From the IMG/VR virus record IMGVR_UViG_3300017589_000117, positions 1-59,708 of that record: DNA of 59,708 nt. One strand, written 5' to 3'. Below the pieces are notes generated by a model. The model saw nothing but the letters and a program-made list of their open reading frames with translations. It made no database searches and had not been told where the DNA came from. Made by a program: the position numbers and the translations under genes. This DNA comes from a virus (Duplodnaviria; Caudoviricetes). Numbering within the stretch: the stretch's first letter is position 1; the number at the start of each line of letters is the position of its first letter. This document shows positions 7,621-16,729 of this stretch, piece by piece.

Positions 7621-7754
7621 TGGGCAAAGAGTAGGGACTTGAACCCCAATACTATCAGCTATAAACCCACCTCTAATTATCTAGTCTTAGAGATTTCAGC
7701 GTAATAGACCTATCCCACCATTACCTCGTCAAATAATGATTTGAATCTCTTGCC
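7621..7754 (-). ncRNA. 134-nt tRNA-like RNA H (acceptor + T arm + large insert)
   Basis: GGCAAGAG/CTCTTTGCC stem ending CCCA, T arm TGGGG-TTCAAGT-CCCTA, hairpin TCAAAT/ATTTGA, long interrupted stem in place of the anticodon arm. Confidence 0.6.
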
Positions 7755-7769
7755 ATATTATTTTTCTGA

Positions 7770-7808
7770 CTTACACAATTAACAACGTTTAAACTAAATG
7801 AAAACATC
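7770..7808 (-). promoter_or_regulatory. phage promoter motif (drives RNA array and modification genes)
   Basis: GATGTTT-N14-CGTTGTTAATTGTGTAAG. Confidence 0.8.
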
Positions 7809-8588
7809 AAGATATTTCTTATATTCCTCATTATTTATTTCTCTGAATATGCAGTTTTCATTATTTAAAGATAATTCAGGATAAATTTTTGAGATCTTAT
7901 GATTAGTATTAATATTATCTACCAGTGATCTTGTCTGGCGAAGACTAAGAGTATAACCAAGTTCCACTAAAGCATTAAATAATCCTTTTATTGACACTGC
8001 TAGTATGCTGTTATTTATTACAAATTTCTTTGATCTAGTCATAATTGCTTCTTCGGTACTGAATGATAATATTCCTCCATGATTCTTCTTATTTGATGCT
8101 AATTGTCTATCTCTAGATTCTTTAGTGTGAACTGCCAGAATTCCACCATTATTTCTTCTATTCGTTTCTAATGACTTCTTTATAGACTCTTTAGTATGCA
8201 TTGCTAAAACTCCACCGTGATTATTCCTATTATTTTCGTACATTTCTTTAGTATGTAAATGTTTTGCACTCCTCTCTCCTCTGATCATATTATACATCAT
8301 ATGTCCATTTGACTCATCCCAGAACTTCTTGATATAGTAATCTTCTCTATCTCTAAGTTCTCTGACTGTAAATTCTTTGTCATCCATAAATTCCAAGGTT
8401 GAGAGTATGAAATCATCTTCTCCATATTTTCTGATATCTTGATATAGTGCTGCATCATTACCTTCTTTAGAACATCTTAGATGATTAAATCCATTGTAAG
8501 GACTATTCCATCTGTATTCTTTATCGATTTTAGTGCTTCCAATATAGATCTTCTTAGTAGTTTTGCACAGTATTTTATAAATTTCCAT
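7794..8588 (-). mobile_element. free-standing GIY-YIG homing endonuclease (Seg-like)
   Basis: MEIYKI...KIYIGST...R motif, repeated HTKES/GGIL units; ATG 8588 after RBS; paralogue at 49222. Confidence 0.85.
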
Positions 8589-8610
8589 ATAAAACTGTCC
8601 TTTCAAATTA

Positions 8611-8645
8611 TATGACTTGTATAAGTTTTAATTATACAAGTCATA
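8611..8645. other. perfect 14-bp inverted repeat upstream of the endonuclease
   Basis: TATGACTTGTATAA-gttttaa-TTATACAAGTCATA. Confidence 0.7.
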
Positions 8646-8652
8646 ACATAAA

Positions 8653-9492
8653 TTATAGTATAAAAGTTTCATTTAAGGCTTTGTCATCTAAATAGACACT
8701 TGCAAATACTTTTCTTGGACCACCTTCTAGGTTATTCTTGATTTCATCAATATTTTCATTGACTGCATCAAAATATAAACCATGATCAGCACAGAAATTA
8801 CAAGCATCTATTAGAGCGTCATCTGTTCTACATGTCCACAGGATTAATTTAGCTCCTTCAGCTTTTTCAATCTTAAGTCTTGCCATTAAACCTAAGTTTG
8901 GCTTAGCATGTTGAATATGTGGGAAACAATCTGTTGCCAGACATCCATCAAAATCGACTGCCAGAATTCTTGGGAGATCTTTAAAACTAAAGTTCCTTGC
9001 AATATGGTTTATATCAAGTTCTTTTGCAAGATCATACTCATTATTATGATACTTAACATTTGGAACTGAAACCGTATCGAAGATGAATCTAAATTTAAGG
9101 TCAAGCTCTTTCAAGTATTCTAATGTGTAATAGCTATCATCGCTATCCTTCTTACAGTTAACAAGACATTTCTTAAGATCAGAATAAACATAGATAAGAT
9201 CTGCACCAATATCTTTTATTAGGAAATCAAGATCTATTAAAGAACTTAGATCTAACCATCCTTTCGACTTTCTTTCAGAAGCAGTCTGATAAACAAACTG
9301 CCCATACATGAATCGGTCAAAAATTAGATTTTCTTCACTCAGTAATAAGTCTTTAAAATATTTGTAAGTATTGTCAGTATGTCTACTGCAATGAACCAAT
9401 CTAAAATCTGGGTTATCTTTCAGAATCTTTTCAGCTAATGTAGATTTTCCAGCACCATCAACGCCTTCTAGTATAATCTTTTTGCCTATCAT
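8653..9492 (-). CDS. dNMP/thymidylate kinase fused to HAD-family phosphatase domain
   Basis: P-loop EGVDGAGKST and DR motif; C-terminal AVDFDG, LWTCR and YLDDK HAD motifs. Confidence 0.85.
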   Translation of the reverse strand: MIGKKIILEGVDGAGKSTLAEKILKDNPDFRLVHCSRHTDNTYKYFKDLLLSEENLIFDRFMYGQFVYQTASERKSKGWLDLSSLIDLDFLIKDIGADLIYVYSDLKKCLVNCKKDSDDSYYTLEYLKELDLKFRFIFDTVSVPNVKYHNNEYDLAKELDINHIARNFSFKDLPRILAVDFDGCLATDCFPHIQHAKPNLGLMARLKIEKAEGAKLILWTCRTDDALIDACNFCADHGLYFDAVNENIDEIKNNLEGGPRKVFASVYLDDKALNETFIL

Positions 9493-9503
9493 TTAAGTAT
9501 CTC

Positions 9504-10547
9504 CTACAGGTCGATTTTCTTAATGTATGATAATCTTTGAAGAATTACATCTTCTCCGTTAACATTTATAACAGTGTTTTCAATGAACTTATTCTTACTT
9601 CTTGGTAATGGTTGTTTTTCTGACCATTCATAAGAACCTTTTTTATTTGACATCTCAATTGCCATGATAATAGATCTTGAGAGGAATCGAATACTTTTAA
9701 GTCTCTTGTTCAGCTCATCTCTGTAAGTTATGGCTGAGTCAATAGTTGGATACATATCTTTTAAAGCTTCAATACTGATTTCTATAACCTTATTGTCAAC
9801 CAAACGATAAACAATACAGCCAACTTCGAAACTTTCTAAGCTGTTTGCATGTATCCTAACACCTTTATCAGTTCTTTTCTCATTGTAAATATCTGGGATT
9901 CTGTCATTAACAGTTGGAACCATCCCTTGATCTTTATATTCTTTGATAATCTTTTTAAGAGCTGAGACACTTTCCATTAAGTACTCTTCTTCTACTAAGT
10001 TCTTGTAAAGACCAATCTTAATTGGTTGTGCCCAGTTTAATGAGATTACAGGAATTCCAGAGAAGTCAATCTTATATAAGAAGTCTTCGCTAAACATGTG
10101 ATTTTCTGGAACTATTACACCATTATAGTATAAGAGCTTTGCAGCCTTAAGATCATCAAAGGATTCTTGATTTAATTTAGCAACTACATATTCCATTGCC
10201 AGCTCTCCATCACGAATTACAGTATATTGTCGGAACACTTTCTTATGAACCAGAGAAACTGTTTCATCATAGTCTGATTGAACTTCTACAACGATATCAA
10301 CAAGACCAACTAGAGAGAAATTAAATCTTTCTTGATTAGAAGAAATGCTTAATACTCTTACTGGCATTCCAGATTCTTTTGGGAACATGTGAATTAAAGG
10401 ATCTTTTGAATAACTTTTTGATCCATACTTGTAATGATCAGGAATATAAATTACTGTATCACCACTTTCGATAAGTGTTCTAAGGATATTCAATACATTT
10501 AAATTTGGACCTTCTGGTTTTAATCCTGTTCCAATAAACTTTTTCAT
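9504..10547 (-). CDS. hypothetical protein
   Basis: 347-aa ORF with RBS, first gene after a promoter motif. Confidence 0.7.
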   Translation of the reverse strand: MKKFIGTGLKPEGPNLNVLNILRTLIESGDTVIYIPDHYKYGSKSYSKDPLIHMFPKESGMPVRVLSISSNQERFNFSLVGLVDIVVEVQSDYDETVSLVHKKVFRQYTVIRDGELAMEYVVAKLNQESFDDLKAAKLLYYNGVIVPENHMFSEDFLYKIDFSGIPVISLNWAQPIKIGLYKNLVEEEYLMESVSALKKIIKEYKDQGMVPTVNDRIPDIYNEKRTDKGVRIHANSLESFEVGCIVYRLVDNKVIEISIEALKDMYPTIDSAITYRDELNKRLKSIRFLSRSIIMAIEMSNKKGSYEWSEKQPLPRSKNKFIENTVINVNGEDVILQRLSYIKKIDL

Positions 10548-10580
10548 AATAACTTCCTTCTTTCTTTTAAGTATTTTCTA

Positions 10581-10619
10581 CTTACATAACTAACAACGTC
10601 ATGGTTAAACAAAAACATC
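10581..10619 (-). promoter_or_regulatory. phage promoter motif
   Basis: GATGTTT-N14-CGTTGTTAGTTATGTAAG followed by hairpin TAAGTA/TACTTA. Confidence 0.8.
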
Positions 10620-10626
10620 AATTAAT

Positions 10627-11175
10627 TTATAAATAATTAACTCTATTTTCGCTGTCAGTCCGAAAGAGTTCTGGATGTAATTGAGCATAGTCTGAAATAC
10701 AGATGGCATCTGCTATGTCATCACTCTGCTTCATTCTTCCTGGATTCCTTTTTATAGGGTTTGGAACATCTAAATTTGGGTTATACTTATTTACTGCATA
10801 TAGAATTGACTCCTTCTTATCTGTAGTAACACCACCAAGAATTTCAGCTTTCCATGATCTAACATCAACTTCAGCAATATTTGCTAAATCAGAGAAGTTT
10901 GTTATTATTGCACATTGTACTTTACATAAGGATGTTATATTTGCAAGTGGAGACACAAATCTACCACGATATAACTTAATCCGTTCAAATAAAATTGAGT
11001 CTACATTATGTAGACTCAATAATCTTGAAATTTCAATTACTAACTTATCTCGATGCTTTAATGGTGGTTCATCATCGTTATATGGAATGAAAGAAGATTC
11101 TAACAGAATATCTTTTTCAGTTACTGCAAATCCATTCATTGTCTTGCCACCAATGTCTATTCCCAATGTTATCAT
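10627..11175 (-). CDS. RuvC-like Holliday junction resolvase
   Basis: LGIDIG, acidic FE, WK and DDIADAICI motifs. Confidence 0.85.
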   Translation of the reverse strand: MITLGIDIGGKTMNGFAVTEKDILLESSFIPYNDDEPPLKHRDKLVIEISRLLSLHNVDSILFERIKLYRGRFVSPLANITSLCKVQCAIITNFSDLANIAEVDVRSWKAEILGGVTTDKKESILYAVNKYNPNLDVPNPIKRNPGRMKQSDDIADAICISDYAQLHPELFRTDSENRVNYL

Positions 11176-12068
11176 TATTCACCAATCTCTATGTGAACAG
11201 TGTTAAACATATCTACAATATTGCCCATGAGATTGTATCTCATCTCTGAGGTTGAATTCTTTGCAAACTCTTCATTAACTAAGTCAACGTACATTGTATA
11301 TTGACCATCATCTCCCATGTAAAAAGTTTCCCAGTCTGCAGCAGTCAATAGATCCTTAACTCTTAGCTGTTTTAATGCAAGATTATCGAAGCTAACAATT
11401 TTAAATCCTTTTATAATATTTACCAAAGAGTTGTTGAGAATAATTATCCCATCCCTTATATCTTGGTTCATATAATCAGCACCTCTGCCAAATTGTTTGT
11501 ATCCAAGAATTAATATCTTTAGACCATTGTTACTGTATTTCATGATCTCCTCAACAGGAGTGTATCCAGCAATAACATGGAGAACTACATCTGGTAATAA
11601 TTTAACTCTGTCTAAGAACTCTTGATCAAAAGTACTGACCGAGATTCCAAGACCTCTTATCAGTTTCTGATCAATTAATAACTTTGTAAATCCTTCATTC
11701 TCCATAAAGGTTTCCTGTTTTATTGTTATGTTTGACAGTACACCTTTAGTTTTCATCATATATAGAAAGTTAAGAAGTCCAGGATGTGTATATGGATCTC
11801 CACCACCGATAGCGAGTTCAGTGTATGGGGTTAATGAATCAATGAAACGTACATTAGATAGATTACCATGTTGACCGTCTAAACCAGACTCTTCATGGCA
11901 CATTGGACAGTTAAACTTACAGTAATTTGTAATTTTTAAGTCAATAGACTCTGGAAATTCTGGTCTAAAGTTGTCTAAGTCATTCTCTCTAATTTTAGTT
12001 CCATCTTCATAAATCTTTACATTGTAGTTCCCATTAGTATAAGAACCAATTAGTGCTGAATTATACAT
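11175..12068 (-). CDS. radical SAM protein
   Basis: CKFNCPMC (CxxxCxxC) and GGGDP. Confidence 0.9.
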   Translation of the reverse strand: MYNSALIGSYTNGNYNVKIYEDGTKIRENDLDNFRPEFPESIDLKITNYCKFNCPMCHEESGLDGQHGNLSNVRFIDSLTPYTELAIGGGDPYTHPGLLNFLYMMKTKGVLSNITIKQETFMENEGFTKLLIDQKLIRGLGISVSTFDQEFLDRVKLLPDVVLHVIAGYTPVEEIMKYSNNGLKILILGYKQFGRGADYMNQDIRDGIIILNNSLVNIIKGFKIVSFDNLALKQLRVKDLLTAADWETFYMGDDGQYTMYVDLVNEEFAKNSTSEMRYNLMGNIVDMFNTVHIEIGE

Positions 12069-12091
12069 TGTATTATGTCTCCTTCTAAATT

Positions 12092-12649
12092 TTAGTGATT
12101 GTCATTATCAATAATCATTTCAATTCCACTGTTGAACAAGAATTCTTCAACAGTAACACCTTCAGAGTCAAGAAAGTTTTTTAGAGTTCCTGGATTGCTT
12201 TGATGATCGATGTATCCAGTATCGCTATTAATGTAGTATGTCTCATCATCTCTGAACTGTCCGATTTTAAAGAGCTCTTTATCTACCTTCACTCCACGAC
12301 AGTACTTCTTGAATACTGAGTTTAACAATTTAAAACCTTCTGTATTTTTATATAGCTTTAATACAGATTCTTTATCGTCAGTTGATGAGATTTCTGCTGA
12401 GTTAAAGTCTATCTCTCCGAGAATAATGGTTGCGAGATAACTTAACTTGCTAGATGGATCTGACAGAACATCCCATCCCCATCCGAATTCCCCAAATTCA
12501 AGCATGACCTTATTTTTACCTGTCTTTGCCATGTGGTCGACTCTTTTGATATAATCATCTTCAGTCAATTCAATTCTGTCTTTGCTGATGGTCACACTGT
12601 GTGAACTACTTGAATTAGTTTCAAAAACACCTCTTCTAATTTGTTTCAT
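12092..12649 (-). CDS. phage protein with N-terminal FETNSSSSHS motif
   Basis: MKQIRRGVFETNSSSSHS, GEFGWG, KLSYL and GYIDHQS motifs; immediately upstream of the radical SAM gene. Confidence 0.7.
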   Translation of the reverse strand: MKQIRRGVFETNSSSSHSVTISKDRIELTEDDYIKRVDHMAKTGKNKVMLEFGEFGWGWDVLSDPSSKLSYLATIILGEIDFNSAEISSTDDKESVLKLYKNTEGFKLLNSVFKKYCRGVKVDKELFKIGQFRDDETYYINSDTGYIDHQSNPGTLKNFLDSEGVTVEEFLFNSGIEMIIDNDNH

Positions 12650-13076
12650 TTTCTCTTTCCTCCTTAATAAATTTAGCTGTTGAATATATCACATTGTTAA
12701 CGATTAAATTAATATGAGTTTCATCTTCAATATCAATAAAATCGTCCATCATATGATTACATGAAAAAGACTTTTGATTTTTAAGTATCATTCTGAAAAC
12801 AAAAGTCGATCTAGGGAACCTTTGGTCACTAACGTAACTCTCTGAGTATAGCAGTAGACTCTCTTTCTTACTGGCTTTATGTCCGATTATTACACAGATA
12901 CTCGGATAGTTGCTATTCTTATTTGAGATATTGATAAATAAATTATCAACACACTCACAATAGTTATTATTTACACAGCGAGAGATGCATTCATTAACTC
13001 TGTCCGAGATAACTTCTGCCAAAATATTAAAATCAGATTCTTCTGGCTCACGTCTACTAAGAATTTCGTTAAGCAT
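12636..13076 (-). CDS. hypothetical protein
   Basis: ORF track; start moved to the ATG after GGAGG. Confidence 0.55.
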   Translation of the reverse strand: MLNEILSRREPEESDFNILAEVISDRVNECISRCVNNNYCECVDNLFINISNKNSNYPSICVIIGHKASKKESLLLYSESYVSDQRFPRSTFVFRMILKNQKSFSCNHMMDDFIDIEDETHINLIVNNVIYSTAKFIKEERENETN

Positions 13077-13299
13077 CCATTGCCTCCATCTCTTTTTCAA
13101 GTGGATATAAAAACATTCTTCCTGGCTCTTTCTTCATGTCATTCCATTCTTCCTGAGAATATTGGAATGCCCATTTATTACCATAGGTCTCTATCATTTT
13201 CTGTCTTGCTGACCAGTAATCACCGAAGATTGGTTGACAGTATCCTTCATGTTTTTGACCACTTCCAAATGTAAAATAATATTTTTCTGTTTCTTCCAT
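13069..13299 (-). CDS. hypothetical phage protein (YYFTFG...WAFQY)
   Basis: ATG 13299 after GAGGGG; aromatic-rich small protein. Confidence 0.65.
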   Translation of the reverse strand: MEETEKYYFTFGSGQKHEGYCQPIFGDYWSARQKMIETYGNKWAFQYSQEEWNDMKKEPGRMFLYPLEKEMEAMDA

Positions 13300-13300
13300 T

Positions 13301-13558
13301 TTATAAACCCCTCTCTTCAAGTATAATCATCTGCAGATCAACCTTCTTATGCACTAACTCAGAAGCTTTTTCATTGATATGAAGATTAACATGATCTACA
13401 ATCAGTAATGATGCTTCGTTTGTTAAGCCACCAGTATCTAATTGCCATTGTATTGTTTTCATTAACTTATTGGCAATTGGCTCAATTTGCTTTACCTTTT
13501 TAATAGTGTCTAGCTCTTCCAGCAGGTTCTGTACTTCAATAACTGCATATGCCCTCAT
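13301..13558 (-). CDS. hypothetical protein
   Basis: RBS GAGGTG; first gene after a promoter motif. Confidence 0.65.
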   Translation of the reverse strand: MRAYAVIEVQNLLEELDTIKKVKQIEPIANKLMKTIQWQLDTGGLTNEASLLIVDHVNLHINEKASELVHKKVDLQMIILEERGL

Positions 13559-13594
13559 TTAAAACACCTCTTTTAATTATTTAAGGAATTTCAC

Positions 13595-13633
13595 CTTACA
13601 TAATTAACAACGTTAAGATTAGACAAAAACATC
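13595..13633 (-). promoter_or_regulatory. phage promoter motif
   Basis: GATGTTT-N14-CGTTGTTAATTATGTAAG plus TAAGG/CCTTA hairpin. Confidence 0.8.
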
Positions 13634-14623
13634 TTATTTACTGAAACTAATAGCATCATCAGAGTTAAACTTTCGTCTTGGACTACCCAGCTTTAAGATG
13701 CTCCACATATATTTAGAGAACTCACAGAAACAGTTCTCAAGACTCATTACATTGAAACTTCTATTATGTTCTTCGAGATTATCAAGAAGTACATTTGATG
13801 AGTAATCTTTATTGACTAGTCTCATTACTTCTTCAAAATTATCTCTTAGCCAGAATAATATCTCTTCATCTGTTAATCCGTCTTTGTCTAGGAATAAGTG
13901 GTCCATTCCTCTTGAACATCCAGGTCCAGAAAGAACATACTCATTTTCACTTATTGGGAATTCTTTGATATATGTTAGATCAACAAAAATTTGATAAGAC
14001 AAGAATTTTCCAACTCCATGAAGCTCTTGAATTATATTACAAGCTTCTTCTGCATTCTCTGGATTCATTAATCTGCTGAACTTGTCTTCTTTTCTTAGAT
14101 CAATAATGTACATTGCAGCAAGATACTTATTTGGTTCATCAGGATATAATTTTTTCTTCATCGCATTCTTTAGTCCAAGAGTTCTGAATGCTCTTGTGTA
14201 AAAGTCTCTACCTGGATTTGGATCATTGTCAATAGCTTTCTTAATTACATCCATGTCCCATGTAAAGTCTTTACCAAGACCAATACATTCAGAAGTGTCA
14301 ATCCTGTTATACATCCTAAAAATCATTGTCTGATAGATTTTATCAAGATATGAGATATCAGGACTGTTCGTAATATTGTCAAGAAGCCATTTTGTAACTC
14401 TGTCATGTTCTCTTCTTATGTTTGTGAATTTATACTTTAATAAAAACTCATTTTCAGTCCATGGTGCAGGCAACCCTTTTTCTCTCTGCTTGTAGATCTT
14501 ATATCTTTCTGTAACATAGTCATAATAATGTTTTAAGACATCAACACTAATAACTGGAGAAGAGTTTTTTATACTCTCCTCTGAACAACCTAAATATGGT
14601 ATATCGTTTATTTTATTTTCCAT
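13634..14623 (-). CDS. aGPT-Pplase1-like (alpha-glutamyl/putrescinyl-thymine pyrophosphorylase clade 1, HhH fold) DNA base-modification protein
   Basis: ERYKIY...PWT...YKFTNIRREHDR, HhH-like GVGKFLSYQIFVDL, GPGCSRG, ENCFCEFSKY. Confidence 0.8.
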   Translation of the reverse strand: MENKINDIPYLGCSEESIKNSSPVISVDVLKHYYDYVTERYKIYKQREKGLPAPWTENEFLLKYKFTNIRREHDRVTKWLLDNITNSPDISYLDKIYQTMIFRMYNRIDTSECIGLGKDFTWDMDVIKKAIDNDPNPGRDFYTRAFRTLGLKNAMKKKLYPDEPNKYLAAMYIIDLRKEDKFSRLMNPENAEEACNIIQELHGVGKFLSYQIFVDLTYIKEFPISENEYVLSGPGCSRGMDHLFLDKDGLTDEEILFWLRDNFEEVMRLVNKDYSSNVLLDNLEEHNRSFNVMSLENCFCEFSKYMWSILKLGSPRRKFNSDDAISFSK

Positions 14624-16509
14624 GTTCCCTCCAAACTATTTAATAGATTAATGAAATCTTTTTCTGTTATCTTTTCGATGCCAAGTTCATCAGCTCTCTT
14701 GTTCTTACTGCTTGAGCCAGTTGGGTCATTTGTTACTAAGTACTTTGTATCTTTATTAATACTGCCACTAAGGTAACCATGGTCAAGAGCAAGTTTCTCT
14801 AAGTCTTTCCGACTTAGGATAACAAGTTTACCAGTTATGGCAATTCTTAACAAGTTTGATGTATCAACAGCTTCTTCTGGATAGACTAACCTGTCCTCAA
14901 CATGTTTAATTCTTTCAAGCTTATCAGCATTTGCTAAGATGCTTTTATAGGTTGCTTCTCCAACAATATTTAATAAATCTTTTGAAGCCATTAGCTCATC
15001 TATTTTGATCCCAGAGGCTATTATTTTCTTTGCCGAAGACCTGCCTAACCTTGGGATGTTCAGAGCTACCAGAACGTCTTCAGCGTCTACAGGAGCATCA
15101 AACATCTTATCATAGAAAGCTTTCAATTTCTTGCCAGTAGCTGTATCATCAAGACCAACAATACTGTCTTTTCCGAAGAAATATAATTCTTGAACAGCTG
15201 CTAATGAGTTGTCTCCAAAAGATTTTAATTTTATCTTTTCACCAAGACCATCAACTTTACCAAGGATCTCAGACCAGATAATTAAATCTTTCATGTTAAT
15301 ATTACTGCAATTTGGATTAGCACAAACAAGGTTTACACCTTCCCAAGACAGAGGTTCTAAGCAGACTGGACATTCAGTTGGAAGTTCGAAGTTATCTGCT
15401 GGTTTTGTAACTTCTTGGATATCAGGGATAATTTCTCCAGATCTTTCTACTTCTACTTCTGCTCCAGTGCCAATCTTGTTCTCATTAATATATTTTGCAT
15501 TGAAGCCAGATACACGACTAATGGTTGCTCCTGACAGTTCAATTGGATCTAATAAGACTACTGGAATAAGTTTATTTGATTTCGATAAGCTCCATTCAAC
15601 AGATTCTACTCTTGTTATTTTAACTTCTGATTTAAACTTGAATGCTTGTTGATCATGAACTACCAGTTGTACATCGTCGCTGCTATCAATCTCTTGATAA
15701 GTAAGTTTACAATTTGAAATTACAATACCATCTATCTGCCATTCACAGTTCTCAACCAGGTAATTGTAATAAGAGGTTATGTACTCTTTATTAGGTGTAA
15801 AGCTAACAAGATCGTGATCAACGATAGTGCCAAAATTCCATTTTAAGAAGCTGTGCACATGAACTAAGCTAATAAATTCGACGTTTGAAGCAATTACATT
15901 ATATGGAACAAATGACACATACTTCAGTTTTTCATTAACACCAGATCTATTCATGATACCAGAAGCAGTATTTCGACTATTCTTGAAAACTTCACAAGGA
16001 TAATCTTTTAACAGCTGTTCCCAGTTCTTCTTAGAGATTAGTATTTCACCTCGTAATGAACCAGTGAAGCCTTTGTTGTCATCCAACATAACTTTTGAGT
16101 TTTTGGTTATAACTCTTATCTTATCAGTAATATCGATACCAATTGTCCCATCACCTCTTGTTAGAGCTAAGTCCAGATCCCCCTCGATGTATGAGTTAAC
16201 GCAAGATAACCCATCAAGTTTTGCAGAGAACATAACTGAATTTGCATGTAACACTGAATCTCTTACTTCACTAATCTCTCTTGCTTTTTCTAATGAACCA
16301 ATTAATGATCCATATCTGTGAGCAACTTTATTTCCAGAGTTACCATTAGCATTGTAACCCCATCCGATCTTTGTTAAGATTTCTGACTGAGGATTTTCAA
16401 TTCTTAGCTGGTCAATAAGGTCATCGAATTCTTTATCGGAAATTATAGATTCACCATCATAATATTTCTGTGAGCATTCTTTAATTTTAGTTTCTAATAT
16501 TGATAACAT
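14608..16509 (-). CDS. ligA: NAD-dependent DNA ligase
   Basis: YY...ISDKEFD, KLDG adenylation motif, TRGDG, OB fold, Cys4 zinc finger, C-terminal BRCT. Confidence 0.95.
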   Translation of the reverse strand: MLSILETKIKECSQKYYDGESIISDKEFDDLIDQLRIENPQSEILTKIGWGYNANGNSGNKVAHRYGSLIGSLEKAREISEVRDSVLHANSVMFSAKLDGLSCVNSYIEGDLDLALTRGDGTIGIDITDKIRVITKNSKVMLDDNKGFTGSLRGEILISKKNWEQLLKDYPCEVFKNSRNTASGIMNRSGVNEKLKYVSFVPYNVIASNVEFISLVHVHSFLKWNFGTIVDHDLVSFTPNKEYITSYYNYLVENCEWQIDGIVISNCKLTYQEIDSSDDVQLVVHDQQAFKFKSEVKITRVESVEWSLSKSNKLIPVVLLDPIELSGATISRVSGFNAKYINENKIGTGAEVEVERSGEIIPDIQEVTKPADNFELPTECPVCLEPLSWEGVNLVCANPNCSNINMKDLIIWSEILGKVDGLGEKIKLKSFGDNSLAAVQELYFFGKDSIVGLDDTATGKKLKAFYDKMFDAPVDAEDVLVALNIPRLGRSSAKKIIASGIKIDELMASKDLLNIVGEATYKSILANADKLERIKHVEDRLVYPEEAVDTSNLLRIAITGKLVILSRKDLEKLALDHGYLSGSINKDTKYLVTNDPTGSSSKNKRADELGIEKITEKDFINLLNSLEGTWKIK

Positions 16510-16525
16510 CTTAGTTTCTCCTTTC

Positions 16526-16660
16526 TTACTTATGAAATTTCTTTGGTCGGGCTTTGCCTTTTTTCTTACTTCTTACCCATGGATCAGCTGAAGCTTCCCA
16601 AAAGGTGTTATCGTTTTTCTTATAAACTCTTGTCTCTTTGTCCCATCTAAAATCATTCAT
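16526..16660 (-). CDS. small basic hypothetical protein (44 aa)
   Basis: Not in ORF track; RBS AAGGAG, MNDFRWDKETRVYKK...KKFHK; first gene after a promoter. Confidence 0.55.
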   Translation of the reverse strand: MNDFRWDKETRVYKKNDNTFWEASADPWVRSKKKGKARPKKFHK

Positions 16661-16690
16661 ATCTTTTCTCCTTCTTTAAGAGCTTTTACC

Positions 16691-16729
16691 CTTACACACT
16701 TAACAACGCTGTTATTACTTAAAAACATC
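16691..16729 (-). promoter_or_regulatory. phage promoter motif
   Basis: GATGTTT-N14-CGTTGTTAAGTGTGTAAG; upstream element lies in the last codons of sbcC. Confidence 0.8.

Noticed and set aside
7621-7754. tmRNA
   Set aside because: Only 134 nt, no G3-U70 alanine identity pair and no evident tag reading frame
7794-8606. Group I intron hosting the GIY-YIG ORF
   Set aside because: Flanking kinase gene is intact, no split exon, and no room for an intron core; the same holds for 49222..49896
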